64,000 nucleotides of DNA from Macrostomum lignano (taxonomy: Eukaryota), in contig NIVC01000424.1 in NCBI GenBank assembly GCA_002269645.1, positions 1 through 64,000 of the forward strand, given 5' to 3'. Shown here piece by piece: positions 48,362 through 62,365 of the stretch (positions are counted from its first letter, which is position 1; the number at the start of each line of letters is the position of its first letter). Under the pieces are notes generated by a model. The model was not told the DNA's origin. It made no database searches and saw only the letters and a program-made list of their open reading frames with translations. A program made the position numbers and the translations under genes.

Positions 48362-51238
48362 TATATTGATAATTGATATATACTAAAAATGGCAAAATGG
48401 ATTAAGTTTTAGTAGCTTTAGGAATAAAAAAGACTTAAAGAGTAACAAGGAATAAGATTAACATGAATGTCTAGCTAAGGACTACTAAAATTGAAGGATG
48501 CAACACTTGCAAATTGTGCAAAATAGTTGAAGGCTGATTATTAAAATGTCTGTATCTCTGAATCAATTGTATATAAAAGGTTAATTTTTTTGACAGATTG
48601 TTTAGATTTTTGTCCCCTACCAAGTAAGTCAGTTAGTTTAGCTTCCCACTAGATGTAGATGCAAGAAAATCCTGTACAATGGAGACACCCTATTTTTAGG
48701 CATATGGTAATGATTCAAATCTTCAAGTTTAGGAAGCAAAATTAATAAAGTAGCCAAAAATCTTGAGCACATTTTTTGTGAATATACTCTTAGTGTCATT
48801 AGTGACATTTCTGAAAATATATCAGAGTCTGGAGATCATATACAGAACCCGCATACTTTGGTCTATATCCTTTAAAATCTTTCTCACAAGATGGCTAGTC
48901 AGAAAAAAGGAGTGAGAAGAAAAAGCAAAACATCACAAAGCAGACTCCTGTTTTAACATTTTGTTCTCTATAATCTTGTAAATTGAAGTGGCTTGCGAGT
49001 GGCAGCAGAATTTAGCAAACAAGCAGACTTGTCAAGTTTATTTGCTTATAGCTCAAATTATAAACAGCAGTCTGTCTGGCACAAAATTGATGAGGTATGA
49101 TAAACTATATTGAAGAAATTTTATTGTTGGTCCAACAGTGTTGCAAAGTGATAAAACAGTACTAAGCAAAGAAAATGAAATGTAAATGAAAATGAAATGC
49201 AGTGTTGGGATCATGTGTACAAATGGTACATGTATATGCTGATAAATCTTGTCACTCTAAACATCAAAATAAAGTTTAGGAAGCATTAGAATTAGCTGGT
49301 CTGTCACCACAGTCACCTGTAAAAGCTGCAGGACCTGACTTGGATATCTCAGTTCTGGATATCCAAGAGTATCACAGGAGCATGAAGAAAAGTGTGCACC
49401 TGGGCCTCAAGTTATAATTAAATTCCATCCTAGCCAGATATTACCAGTAGTATAGTTGCTTGTATATCTTGGCAAACAAAACTTCATTAGCCTGACAACT
49501 AGTCTGCAATGAAATAAAGTTAAAAATGAAAAAATGAACTATGTGATTAATACTGACTTGAGCTTTATCATTCTCTGTATATAATAAAAATATTGTATAT
49601 ATTATAGGCCCTAATAATTTCAGACAAGTACTACTGAACTACTCAACCTTTAATTATAAAATTCTAACTTAATTTATTTAAATAGTTTGCTTATAAACAT
49701 TTTTAAGATCTCAATAAGTTGATTATTTAAAAATTATAAGTATATATATGACTGCTATCAAGTAGGGCCTAAATCTAGAGATGTCAATTCCCTGGAAAAT
49801 TTGTACCACAGGGACATAAAGATTCTTTTATCCTCTCCTTCCTCCTTTCACTTTTCTTTTTATCCTTTTCCTTTTTTCTTCTATCTTCAATTTATCCCAA
49901 CTATCTTTCCAATTATTCTTTCACTTCCTTTTTTTATCTCACTTTTTTTTCTTCTTTTCTCCTCTTCTAGCCTATCATCAGAGCTAGATTCTTTATCAAG
50001 CCCTTGAGGTAACAGTTTTCCAACCCTGAAGTGTATATAATCAGAATGTGTTCTTGACTGTATAACTGGTAGTGCAGTAATAGTACCAGACCATGTAGAG
50101 TATAAAAATCATTGGGAAACAAAATAAAAAAAATAATAACCTAGGTTTTTTTACTTTTTTGCTAGCACTATACTAGGTCTAGGTCTAGGATGCAATATGA
50201 AATTGTATCTAAGGTTCAAGTTCAAAATGCAATTAAAAAAGATATTGTACAATAAGGATACTATAGCTTAAAGATATCTTAGCCAATATTTTTTTTGCTA
50301 AGCCTAATACTAAGATACTAAATTGCATCCAAGGTCTAACTTGAAGTTGCAATTTTGAAAGTCAAGATAATATAACATATTTATCACATAGCTAAAGCAT
50401 AAACCCAGGAAAAAATTGCTAAATACTAAGAGAAAAAATAAAAGAACCCAAAATTAAATAAAAACAATCTTATTTAAAAACTTCTCAAAACAAATAAAGT
50501 TTTATTTTAGGCCCTAATTATTATTCTAGGCCTAGGGTCATTGTCATTGATTGCCTATGTCCCAAAACCCTGGCGTGGAATCAAAAACACTAAATTTTTT
50601 AAGTTTCAAAGTTACAATAGGCCTAAAGTTTCAATAAATACACCTACTTATACTTTGCAGGTATGTGATCAATAAAAAAGAAGTTAGTTAAGGCAGTTTG
50701 GGTTATGACTAGCCTAGCTAGAAATCAAATAGGTCTAGACCTATGAAGTATTTACTACTAGGTTTCCAGTCAATAAACATTTGTCCTTAGTCATAGGCCT
50801 ACCTAGCCAGCCTACTAGTCATAAGTAATATAAAAAATGGTAAATAACCAAAAAATATGACTAAACCACAAAATAATATAATTTAGCTAAGTTTTTTTGG
50901 TAACATACTGCAAAATTTCAGAAATTAATAGCCCTAGGCTTCTGCAAACAGCATATTATGTTGAAAATCATGCAATTCCTCTATTTCACTAATGTATACA
51001 AGAACAAAAATCGGCCTTCAACTATTTTTACACAAATCGAAAGTGCTACATCCTATATAACAAAGTGTCTAGGTTTGTTAGTCTTAAATTTCAATAGATA
51101 ATAATATAGTAACCAATCTAAGAAGTTCCTGTAGGTCTTTTTTAGGTGGGAAGAAATACTCCTATAGATAATAGATAATACTCAAATAGTCCCTTGGATA
51201 GACCATACATTTGACAAAATTTAGCCTTCATATGAGCT

Positions 51239-51255
51239 NNNNNNNNNNNNNNNNN
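51239..51255. other. Assembly gap (17 N) at the inner end of the left arm
   Basis: N run visible in the sequence. Confidence 0.99.
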
Positions 51256-52492
51256 TATAAGAGGTGTTCAATAAGTTTCCAAACTACATGAAACAGCTTG
51301 TTTAGGTCTGCACACAATGTACTTAACTAAAATATGTATATATCCCAAGCTTACTCACCAAATATAAAGGCCTCCATTTTTAACCTTGCTAATCTGAATT
51401 TATTTCAGTCACCTATCCCCCCATTATCAAACCTATCTGAAATGGAACTGTTGCATACTTACTAGAAAGCAATGATTTACTATGATTTCAAGTGAGCTAA
51501 TAGTCAGAGGAGCTTGGAACACCTTCAACAGGCCTTGGGCAACATTGCACCTTCCAGAACAACAATTTTTTACTAGTTTGCCAAATTTCATTGGGTCGGC
51601 TGTCACTTGAAGATGAAGCTCAAGGGGGACAACCTCCAAGCTTGACAACCAATGAAAATGTTGCTGCAGTAACAAGCATTGGTTGAAGAAGATCTGCAAA
51701 TGACAGTCCAGCAACTAGCCATAGCTATTGGCATTATATCCCAAAGCAGCTCTATAATTCTGTATGAAAGGCTTAGGCTAAGCAAGGTATCCACCTGCTG
51801 GGTACCCACCACCTGACCCAGGAGCAAAAGCAGGCCCAGGTCAATTGGGGCCAAGCCATGCTCAACAAATTTGACAATGGGACATCAACAAGCACTTGGG
51901 AGATCATCACTGGTGATGAAACCTAGGTATACAGTTTTGACCCCAAAAGCAAGCAGCAGTTGACTCAGTGGACCCCAGTTGGCAGCATTGCCACCCCTAA
52001 AGCTAGTGTAGTCCCAAAGTGTCACCAAGTAGATAATTGCTACTTTTGTGGCTTGTAGCAGTCCTGTGGCCATGATCATGCTGGTAACAGTGGACAATGA
52101 CTTTCAAATGGTATTTTACTGAATATATACCACAGGTGCTACAGTCCATTAACAAGAAGTGTCAAAGGACTTGAACTTGCAGCCTGTTGCTCTATTAGGA
52201 CAATGTCCTAGCCCACACTGTGTAACAAACAATGGAGTTTATAGAGCAGAACCATATCCAGCTATTTCAACATCTACCTTACAGTCTAGACTTGGCCCTA
52301 TGCAACTTCTTTGTGTTCCCTTGGGTCAAGCGCCTGCTCAAAGGAGTTTGGTTTGAATTGTTAGAGTTGGCTATCAAGGCCTTCTGCAGTCACCTATATA
52401 ACATCCCTTAGTCCAAATGGACTGGCTGCTTTTCTATTTAGTTTGAGAAGATAAGGAAATACATCAAAGCTGCTAGGGAGTATTTTGAAAAG
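51256..52492 (+). pseudogene. Degenerate mariner transposon in the spacer of the inverted duplication
   Basis: Mariner-like 5' end GAGGTGTTCAATAAGT. Decayed motifs: AMIYYDFK, WVP-HHLTQEQK, ITGDET*, *DNVLAH, HLPYSLDLALCNFFVFP, EYFEK. The 3' TIR was not found. Confidence 0.92.
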
Positions 52493-52549
52493 ACCCATAC
52501 ATGCCCAACCTCAAAATTTCACCCATCCAGTGCAACTTAGTTTTGTCCA

Positions 52550-52730
52550 GATTTGCAACTTAGTTCCTCCCAATTGCAACTTAGCTCCTCCTAATTGCAA
52601 CTTAGTTCCTCCAATTGCAACTTAGTTCCTCCCAATTGCAACTTAGTTCTTCCAATTGCAACTTAGTTCCTCCAAATTACAACTTAGTTCCTTTCAATTG
52701 CAACTTAGTTCCCCTGATTGCAACTTAATT
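52550..52730. repeat. ~21-bp tandem repeat
   Basis: TTGCAACTTAGTTCCTCCCAA units. Confidence 0.85.
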
Positions 52731-55700
52731 TTCACTTTGTATATGTATTTCACTTTTCTTGCCTTTTTATTTTTTCTTCTCTTTCTTTTTCTTTCTCCTC
52801 TTTCCCCTCTCCTTCTCTTCCTTTCTTTTCTTTTCTCTTCTTCTTTCTTCCCCAATTTTTCATTTTTCGCATTTTTGATTTTGCGACTTACCTTGGCCAA
52901 TGGCCATTTCACCCACCTAGTTCAAATGGGTTAGACAAGTGTTATATTCAATATGTATGACTTATAGACTTACTCTATAAAGAATTAACTTTTTAAATAG
53001 TGAACCTAGTAGACCCAACAATCCACTAATATCATTAATGCCAAGGGTATATGAGCTCATATGAAGGCCAAATTTTGTCAAATGTATGGTCTATCCAAGG
53101 GACTATTTGAGTTACATCTATAGGAGTATTTCTTCCCATTTAAACAAGACCTACCGGAACTTCTTCTATTGGTTACTATATTATTATCTATTGTAATTTA
53201 AGACTAACAAACCTAGACACAACACTAGAACACTTTGTTATATAGGACGTAGCACTTTCGATTCGTGTAAAAATAGTTGAAGGCCGATTTTTGTTCTTGT
53301 ATACATTAGTGAAATAGAGGAATTGCATGATTTTCAACATAATATGCTGTTTGCAGAAGCCTAGGGCTATTAATTTCTGAAATTTTGCAGTATGTTACCA
53401 AAAAAACTTAGCTAAATTATATTATTTTGTGGTTTAGTCATATTTTTTGGTTATTTACCATTTTTTATATTACTTATGACTAGTAGGCTGGCTAGGTAGG
53501 CCTATGACTAAGGACAAATGTTTATTGACTGGAAACCTAGTAGTAAATACTTCATAGGTCTAGACCTATTTGATTTCTAGCTAGGCTAGTCATAACCCAA
53601 ACTGCCTTAACTAACTTCTTTTTTATTGATCACATACCTGCAAAGTATAAGTAGGTGTATTTATTGAAACTTTAGGCCTATTGTAACTTTGAAACTTAAA
53701 AAATTTAGTGTTTTTGATTCCACGCCAGGGTTTTGGGACATAGGCAATCAATGACAATGACCCTAGGCCTAGAATAATAATTAGGGCCTAAAATAAAACT
53801 TTATTTGTTTTGAGAAGTTTTTAAATAAGATTGTTTTTATTTAATTTTGGGTTCTTTTATTTTTTCTCTTAGTATTTAGCAATTTTTTCCTGGGTTTATG
53901 CTTTAGCTATGTGATAAATATGTTATATTATCTTGACTTTCAAAATTGCAACTTCAAGTTAGACCTTGGATGCAATTTAGTATCTTAGTATTAGGCTTAG
54001 CAAAAAAATATTGGCTAAGATATCTTTAAGCTATAGTATCCTTATTGTACAATATCTTTTTTAATTGCATTTTGAACTTGAACCTTAGATACAATTTCAT
54101 ATTGCATCCTAGACCTAGACCTAGTATAGTGCTAGCAAAAAAGTAAAAAAACCTAGGTTATTATTTTTTTTATTTTGTTTCCCAATGATTTTTATACTCT
54201 ACATGGTCTGGTACTATTACTGCACTACCAGTTATACAGTCAAGAACACATTCTGATTATATACACTTCAGGGTTGGAAAACTGTTACCTCAAGGGCTTG
54301 ATAAAGAATCTAGCTCTGATGATAGGCTAGAAGAGGAGAAAAGAAGAAAAAAAGTGAGATAAAAAAAGGAAGTGAAAGAATAATTGGAAAGATAGTTGGG
54401 ATAAATTGAAGATAGAAGAAAAAAGGAAAAGGATAAAAAGAAAAGTGAAAGGAGGAAGGAGAGGATAAAAGAATCTTTATGTCCCTGTGGTACAAATTTT
54501 CCAGGGAATTGACATCTCTAGATTTAGGCCCTACTTGATAGCAGTCATATATATACTTATAATTTTTAAATAATCAACTTATTGAGATCTTAAAAATGTT
54601 TATAAGCAAACTATTTAAATAAATTAAGTTAGAATTTTATAATTAAAGGTTGAGTAGTTCAGTAGTACTTGTCTGAAATTATTAGGGCCTATAATATATA
54701 CAATATTTTTATTATATACAGAGAATGATAAAGCTCAAGTCAGTATTAATCACATAGTTCATTTTTTCATTTTTAACTTTATTTCATTGCAGACTAGTTG
54801 TCAGGCTAATGAAGTTTTGTTTGCCAAGATATACAAGCAACTATACTACTGGTAATATCTGGCTAGGATGGAATTTAATTATAACTTGAGGCCCAGGTGC
54901 ACACTTTTCTTCATGCTCCTGTGATACTCTTGGATATCCAGAACTGAGATATCCAAGTCAGGTCCTGCAGCTTTTACAGGTGACTGTGGTGACAGACCAG
55001 CTAATTCTAATGCTTCCTAAACTTTATTTTGATGTTTAGAGTGACAAGATTTATCAGCATATACATGTACCATTTGTACACATGATCCCAACACTGCATT
55101 TCATTTTCATTTACATTTCATTTTCTTTGCTTAGTACTGTTTTATCACTTTGCAACACTGTTGGACCAACAATAAAATTTCTTCAATATAGTTTATCATA
55201 CCTCATCAATTTTGTGCCAGACAGACTGCTGTTTATAATTTGAGCTATAAGCAAATAAACTTGACAAGTCTGCTTGTTTGCTAAATTCTGCTGCCACTCG
55301 CAAGCCACTTCAATTTACAAGATTATAGAGAACAAAATGTTAAAACAGGAGTCTGCTTTGTGATGTTTTGCTTTTTCTTCTCACTCCTTTTTTCTGACTA
55401 GCCATCTTGTGAGAAAGATTTTAAAGGATATAGACCAAAGTATGCGGGTTCTGTATATGATCTCCAGACTCTGATATATTTTCAGAAATGTCACTAATGA
55501 CACTAAGAGTATATTCACAAAAAATGTGCTCAAGATTTTTGGCTACTTTATTAATTTTGCTTCCTAAACTTGAAGATTTGAATCATTACCATATGCCTAA
55601 AAATAGGGTGTCTCCATTGTACAGGATTTTCTTGCATCTACATCTAGTGGGAAGCTAAACTAACTGACTTACTTGGTAGGGGACAAAAATCTAAACAATC

Positions 55701-55935
55701 TGTCAAAAAAATTAACCTTTTATATACAATTGATTCAGAGATACAGACATTTTAATAATCAGCCTTCAACTATTTTTGCACAATTTGCAAGTGTTGCATC
55801 CTTCAATTTTAGTAGTCCTTAGCTAGACATTCATGTTAATCTTATTCCTTGTTACTCTTTAAGTCTTTTTTATTCCTAAAGCTACTAAAACTTAATCCAT
55901 TTTGCCATTTTTAGTATATATCAATTATCAATATA

Positions 55936-56325
55936 CAGGGTGTCCCATAAGTTACTTTACAACTTGTTTCGTGAATAACTTTGTGATTAATGCTTGGATT
56001 CCAACCAGATTTTAGCATAGGAAAATATATAGAAAAGGGATTTTTTGACACCAAAAGCATGTTCATATCAGGCCCAGATTTTGCCTGAGACGCTTACCAA
56101 AGCCCTGCTAGACTTTCCGCGGTGGCTGGAGGCCTGCCTTACAAACAGCGGTGGCCACATCAAAGGACCCTGAACAGACTGTATTTTTTAACATATGAAC
56201 ATGTTTTTGCTGTCAAAAAATCCATTTTCTATATATTTTCCTATGCTAAAATCTGGTGGGGATCCAAGCATTAATCACAAAGTTATTCACAAAACAAGTT
56301 GTAAAGTTACTTATGGGACACCCTG
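55936..56325. mobile_element. Tc1/mariner-superfamily MITE, right-arm copy
   Basis: TA-CAGGGTGTCCCA...TGGGACACCCTG-TA. Confidence 0.88.
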
Positions 56326-59300
56326 TATATCCTAGCATACATGACTAGAGCTTCTAGAGGTCAGAGGAGATCTTTGATCTTGCAATCAATATTTAAGAAA
56401 CTGCCAAGAATCTAACATAAAATAAAGTACAATAAAGTGCCATATCTTGAATACTATTTTTTAAAATAGCATATATTATTTAGACATCAAAATAAATGCA
56501 TTGAATTCAAAATGAATCAAATTAGTGCCAAAAAATCAACTTATAGGCTATATAGGCTCTAATAGTGTCACCCATATAAAGGATTTAGCCAAGTGTTTAG
56601 AAAAACTATATACCCAATTTTTTCATTTCTTTACAAATTAAAGGTTATGATTTTTAATAACAGTACACAAAGTTTACTTTTGTTTTAAAAATTTACATAT
56701 AGATATACTTACATTACATATAGTTTACTTATAATTTAAATAATTTACATTATATATAGTATATTTTATATTAATTAAAAAAATTTACATATATATCTCT
56801 TTGTAAATTTACAAAGAGAATTGCAATTTTCAGTTTTTTAGCTTTGTATTATTTGAAAATATATACCTTAGAATCCAGATCAAATCTTATATTGTTTTGA
56901 CAAAAAATATAAAATCTTGAAATTAAAAAAAAATTAATATTGTCTAACCTTTATACATCCATATTCAGAATTATGGCATGCTTGTGCCAGAATGAATCCA
57001 ATCAAAAAAGTTTGGTTATGCCATGCGCCAGAACAAATCCTATCACAAAAGTTTGCTTACGCCATGTGCTAGAACAATTCTTATGAAAAAACTTTTGCTT
57101 GTTCTATTTATTATTACTTTTTGAAAAAAAAACATATTGGTATTTTTCATTTGGTATTTTTCATTTACCAAATGAAAAATACTGGTAAAACTTGTATTTG
57201 AATCTGTTTCATAGAAAATGCAATGTTTACATTATTAAATATAAAAGTTGTCAATATACTAGCAAACAAAAAGTGCTTATAAAAAGAAATTATGGCACTA
57301 ATTTTTGTCAAAGAAAATATTCTCTCATTGGAAGCTTTTTTCTTGCACCAAATTGTGCCAATTTTTTTGTCTTGCACCATATTGCATTGGATTTTTCTCC
57401 CTTGCCTGCTATTGTGCCAGAATGCACCAACGTGGCATACTAAAGTCCAACCAAGATTATAATATGTTTTTTGAGCAAGATCAAGCAATAATTTTATTAA
57501 AAATTTAAGATCAAGAATACATTGATCGAGAATTGGAGATCCAGCTACAATTGTAAATTTGTATAGGAAAAATGGTACTTATAATTAGATTTATATAAGA
57601 CTTAGCCTATATTATAAGTAAATGAATAATAGTACAAAAGAAATACTGATTTCTTTCCAAACAAGGACTCCATAGTATTTTTGCAATATGCAAAAATAAG
57701 CCACTAACTCTGGCTATGCCACTATATGCTACTATAAGATACATAAATAGGTTGAAAGTTGGTAATAGCCTATCAGGTGAGCCATAGTCAGGATCATGAC
57801 ATGCCTATGCTAAAACAAATCCTATCAAAATAATTTGATTACACCATGTGCTAGAACTATTTTGCTAAAAATGCTAATACAAAAATCTTATTTTCTAGTT
57901 TTCCCTTAAAAAATACCAGTAAAACTTGTATTTGAAACTGTTTTGTAGAAATACAATGTTGTATGTTGTGGTAGGCCAGTCTACCACTGGGAGGAAGACA
58001 GCAGTCACTGACACTATTTATTTTTTGTTCTTGTAATCGAAGCCCTTAGTTTTCTATTGAGTCATTTGCCCATGGGAAAACTAGGGCATAAAGCAATCAA
58101 TTAGTCTCATCTCAAAAGCAAGCTCTGAAACCTTCAACATTCTATAATATGAAATTATGGCAATGCTACTTTATTACTGATAGTGACAAACTGAGCCTAT
58201 CAATAGATTACTAAGTTTACAGTGTCTGAGGACCCAATTGAATGACTATGCCATTAAAAGACTGCTTGACTGCGATTATGACTACCTTCCCCCAGAATTG
58301 AGGACCCAGCAGATGGAGTATCAAAGGAAAAGTTATATGAATCAGTTTGTGAAATTTTCTAGCTTTACAAGTGCCAAGACATCACAGGTAGCAATTCAAA
58401 CTTTAAAACTGCCTAAACACCCTCCCAATTTATTTTCTTCTCTGCCCCCACCTCAATGTAAAGGGATTGTAAATATATTTTAATTGAAAAAGACATCAAT
58501 ACATCAGCAAACAAAAAAGTACTAATTGTGCATTAGATTAGACAATGCATTATTTGTTTTTTATTTGGCATTTCATAATATTTTTACATTTTCTATATTG
58601 AATTCAATCTTGCTTAATTGTTTTATAATTCTAAGCCATTTCTTGAAATTTTGACAATTTCTCAAAATGACCTAGGCCTACCCAAAAAGGTAGTCTTGAA
58701 ATTTTGAGATCAAGATTGAAATCTCGGTCAAACTCTATAGGCTTAATATATGTCCAAAACCCTTTTGTGCTGGAATTTTCTGTAAAAAAGGCTATCTTCT
58801 TGACTATCTATGGCTATACATCACAATGAAAACATTGTCAATGACATTTTAGTCTTAATGTATAAACAAGGTTTTTTCAAGGTTAGGCCTACTTTTTCTC
58901 CTAGTCCTACCAGACCTGGCATCAGTGTTGGGCACTTCCGTTACCGAGTAACTTGTAAATGGTAACGCAAGTTACTTTTTCGTAAAGCGTTCCTTACGCA
59001 AGTTACTTTCCTATTTTGGTAACGGAGTAACGGTAAGTTACTCAAATTTCGGAAGTCCGTTACAGTTACTTTGCAACAATCGCAATATTTAAATTTAAAA
59101 CTGATATGCTTAGCTATTACTCTAGTTGTCACATTTTTAGCATTTTTCATTCCTAAATTCAAAACTAAGTGAATAATATCATACGGTATTACGCTGTAAT
59201 TAATAAAGAAATACTTGAAACATGTTTTTACTTTGTTATTTTCGGTAAAATATTTTTGCTTTTCGTTTTTAAGTTAATAAAAATATTTTGTTTAGTTCTT

Positions 59301-59352
59301 AGAAACAAAAAACCAAAGAAAGAAATTCATCTGTAGTCTCCACAAATCCACT

Positions 59353-59660
59353 CAGTGATCGACGTAGCCAGGAATTTTAATTGGGGGGGGGCGGGTTGGC
59401 CTGGCTGGCCATGCCTCATGCCATTGCCACTTTTAGCGCCGCAGGCACTCATTTTAGCGCCGCAGGCACTCATTTTAGCGCCGCAAGCACTCATTTAAGC
59501 GCCGCAGGCACTCATTTAAGCGCCGCAGGCACTCAATCGCCTCATGGTTTTTGGTACCCGCCACGCCCAACCCCACCCCCCCCCAGGTGGGGTGTCTTGC
59601 AGGTGGGGTGAAGTTGCCGCCCCAACGATTGTTAAGGCGGCCTCCCTGGCTACACCACTA
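59353..59660. mobile_element. Nested MITE carrying ~5 copies of the 21-bp repeat
   Basis: CAGTG...GTAGCCAGG / CCTGGCTACACCACTA ends; near-TSD AAATCCACT / AAGTCCACT. Confidence 0.65.
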
Positions 59661-59793
59661 AAGTCCACTGGCACTGCACTGCACTGCACAATAATTTAAT
59701 ATTAATGATAATAATTGAAAATAAATAAAAAGACTAGTAAAGCAGACTATAGAGTGGAGTAAAGCCAGGTACTTATTACGAGCGATGTATTAT

Positions 59794-59827
59794 CAAGGCC
59801 AACTGAAGTTACGTTAAGTTGTCCTTG
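59794..59827. mobile_element. 34-bp micro-MITE, same family as 36247-36293
   Basis: CAAGGCCAACTGAAGTTACGTTAAGTTGTCCTTG flanked by the 8-bp TSD TGTATTAT. Confidence 0.75.
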
Positions 59828-61345
59828 TGTATTATAACTTATAATGTTATTAAAAATTAAATTGCGTTTTGCCTTTAACGTTTCTGACCTTCAGCTTCTT
59901 TTCTTTTTACGGAAAGGGCCTAAAGAGATTAAAATTTAATACAGTTACTGAAATTAATGTTGTTTTATTCTTCCTCCTGGCTTTCGCGATCATTTGTGCT
60001 GTTCCAGCGCATTTGCAATGTTAAAAAAGCAGAAAATTTTGTTAATAACATAGGTAACGGAAGTAAGTAACGGAAGTAACTTAAAAGTTACCGGGTTTTT
60101 GTATAAAGTTACTAGGCTAACGTAAGTTACTTTTTGAAAAAGTGGTAACTTGAGTTACAGTAACGCAAGTTACTTTTTTTGAGTAACTTGCCCAACACTG
60201 CCTGGCATACACTAATGCATAATCCAAACCAAACTATGGTATCAGTGAAATATTTATCTATATAATAGGCCTATCTTAAAAATTTTGGAAACTATATTAA
60301 AAAATTTTAGGCCTAGCTTTGGATCTATTGTGTTTAAGATTAGGCTAGGGCCTATTGTTTACTTAAAAACAAAACTAAATGTTCAATGGCATTGCTTGAA
60401 ACTTAAGCGTTAAGGATAAAGCCTAGGGTTTGCCATAACTAGTAGGATAGATAGGCCTATTTATTATATTGTTGTTGTAGTAGCCTATTCATTGAATCTA
60501 CACAAAGCAATATTTTACATTTCCAGACCAAATAAGTGATATAAGCTCCAAAAGAGAGCTTTAATCCAACTCTTGCCACAACTCTCCACTTTCTCCTTAA
60601 CAGCCTTAGCCCAAGATAGGCTTAGGGCAGGGCGTCCTGACGCTGATGCAACTTTGCAACAAACCGCGGGGCGCGGGCGGGCGCCAGGGCCAGGCGTGCG
60701 TGGTGTGAATGTGAATTGCGTCCCTTGTGACTGAGACCTAAAAAAACCACTAGTTTTGGTACAAAAACTTTAGCATGTTGCTAAGCGTACAAGCGTACAT
60801 TGCGATAATTCTGCCGTTACCTGCCGTGAGGTGGGTTGCTTCGACGCTTCGAATCTACTAATAATAATATACAACAATTATAAACTTTAATTAAGTAAGC
60901 GCTGTAAAAAGTTTTAAATGTATTCTAAGAAACAGTTTAAGTAAAAAAATGAAACAAATAGTTAAAAAGTTTTACTGGCTTTTGAAATCTCCTTTAATAT
61001 ATTTTATAATTTGAATTTTAGTAAATATATCTTTCTCTGCTCTAAAAAGTTGTTTATGTTAAATAACATAATCATCGTAAATATCCACGGTTTGCGTAAA
61101 AAGCTATTAAAAATTCTACGTAACTAATTCATACATGCTTAAATATAAACCGCATGCAAATGCGAATTCCCACTTTCCTGCTTTCTCACTCGGGACAGCG
61201 ATCGAGAAGGCACGAACAAGACTCGCGATTATATACTGTCGGTACTATTTTTTATCAAAGTTTCCTTTAAGAGTTCTTTTATACCTGTCTCGTTCTTATT
61301 ATTATTGCCTAAAATGACATTAATACTCTCATATTTACACAAGCG

Positions 61346-61654
61346 ATGGGAAGCCTTTGTTTTCGGGTGAGTAATTGCAAGAAATTGAGAATTGACGCCC
61401 ATGAAGAAGTCTATGCACGCGAACTCATGCACCAGGGCCAGTTCAATGTGTTTTACTTTGGAGCACAGATCGGGCCAGAGAGGCTACTGCATGTATTTTT
61501 GGACCTATCCAGCAAGGCATACACGCCTTCACGGGCTGCAGTGAGGCACTCTATTAGCAGAGGAATGGCAGCTGTGTACGAGTACCACAATAAATTAAAG
61601 GACCATTACTCAGTACATTTAGTACGGGAAACCTCTTTTCTAGGAAACTTTTAG
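61346..61654 (+). CDS. Possible ORF or exon of unknown function (mirror of 44188-44496)
   Basis: Same 102-aa translation in both arms. Confidence 0.3.
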   Translation: MGSLCFRVSNCKKLRIDAHEEVYARELMHQGQFNVFYFGAQIGPERLLHVFLDLSSKAYTPSRAAVRHSISRGMAAVYEYHNKLKDHYSVHLVRETSFLGNF

Positions 61655-62365
61655 AGGCTGTTTTTTCGAAAATACACTACTGAGATAGGAAGTGTTCACG
61701 GAGATAGTATAACTTTTTACTATCGTCGGTATAATTTGCAATTAACTCTTGTGCCATCGCGCGTTGCAAGGACCTCTCTGTCTCCGGCATTGAAATGATG
61801 TACTGCAGGTTCGACAGCGGCTTTAGCACGCCAGGCAGAATGAAATGGCGTCTTCATAGACAGGTATATACATATTTTCTGGCACCGCATGCCTTACGTT
61901 ACGTCCAGCTGGGACGAACTCAAAAGTACGAGACAGAAACTTTTAATTTGATAGCCTACGACGCGACTGTATCAAGTTGTTTTTAACATATAGAAAAATG
62001 CTATTCTTACCTAAATATAATTCTGAATCCTATATACTAAAAAAATTGAAAATAAACTTGTACATGCATTAGTAAATCTACTGTATGCCATATAGAATTT
62101 ACTTTTACTCTGAACTAAGCATGTGCAAGCAGTATATTTTTATGTAAGAAAGACATGGACGGCAGTACATTAAAAGTGTAAATTTTCTTTCGTAAAGCCT
62201 ATTGTACCATGGACCTATGCGCGATCATACATTAAATCGTATAATTTTACTTTCAGCTTCAAATATGAGTATTGCCTCTAAACTATAGTCCTTCAGTTGG
62301 TAAACTCCTATTGGTTCTGTCCATGCACTTCCTTCATTGGTAGCCACCACTGCCCATACATATAT

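Larger units (their letters stand above)
41617..51238. repeat. Left arm of a large inverted duplication
   Basis: 41617 pairs with 64000 and 51238 with 53054. Mirrored ORFs include 42623-43387/62452-63217, 44188-44496/61346-61654, 47068-47391/57165-57488 and 49801/54495. Confidence 0.95.
58923..60200. mobile_element. 1278-bp non-autonomous hAT element, right arm only
   Basis: 12-bp TIR CAGTGTTGGGCA/TGCCCAACACTG; 8-bp TSD CCTGGCAT (58915-22, 60201-08); GTAAC/GTTAC subterminal repeats; empty site at 45633-45640. Confidence 0.93.
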
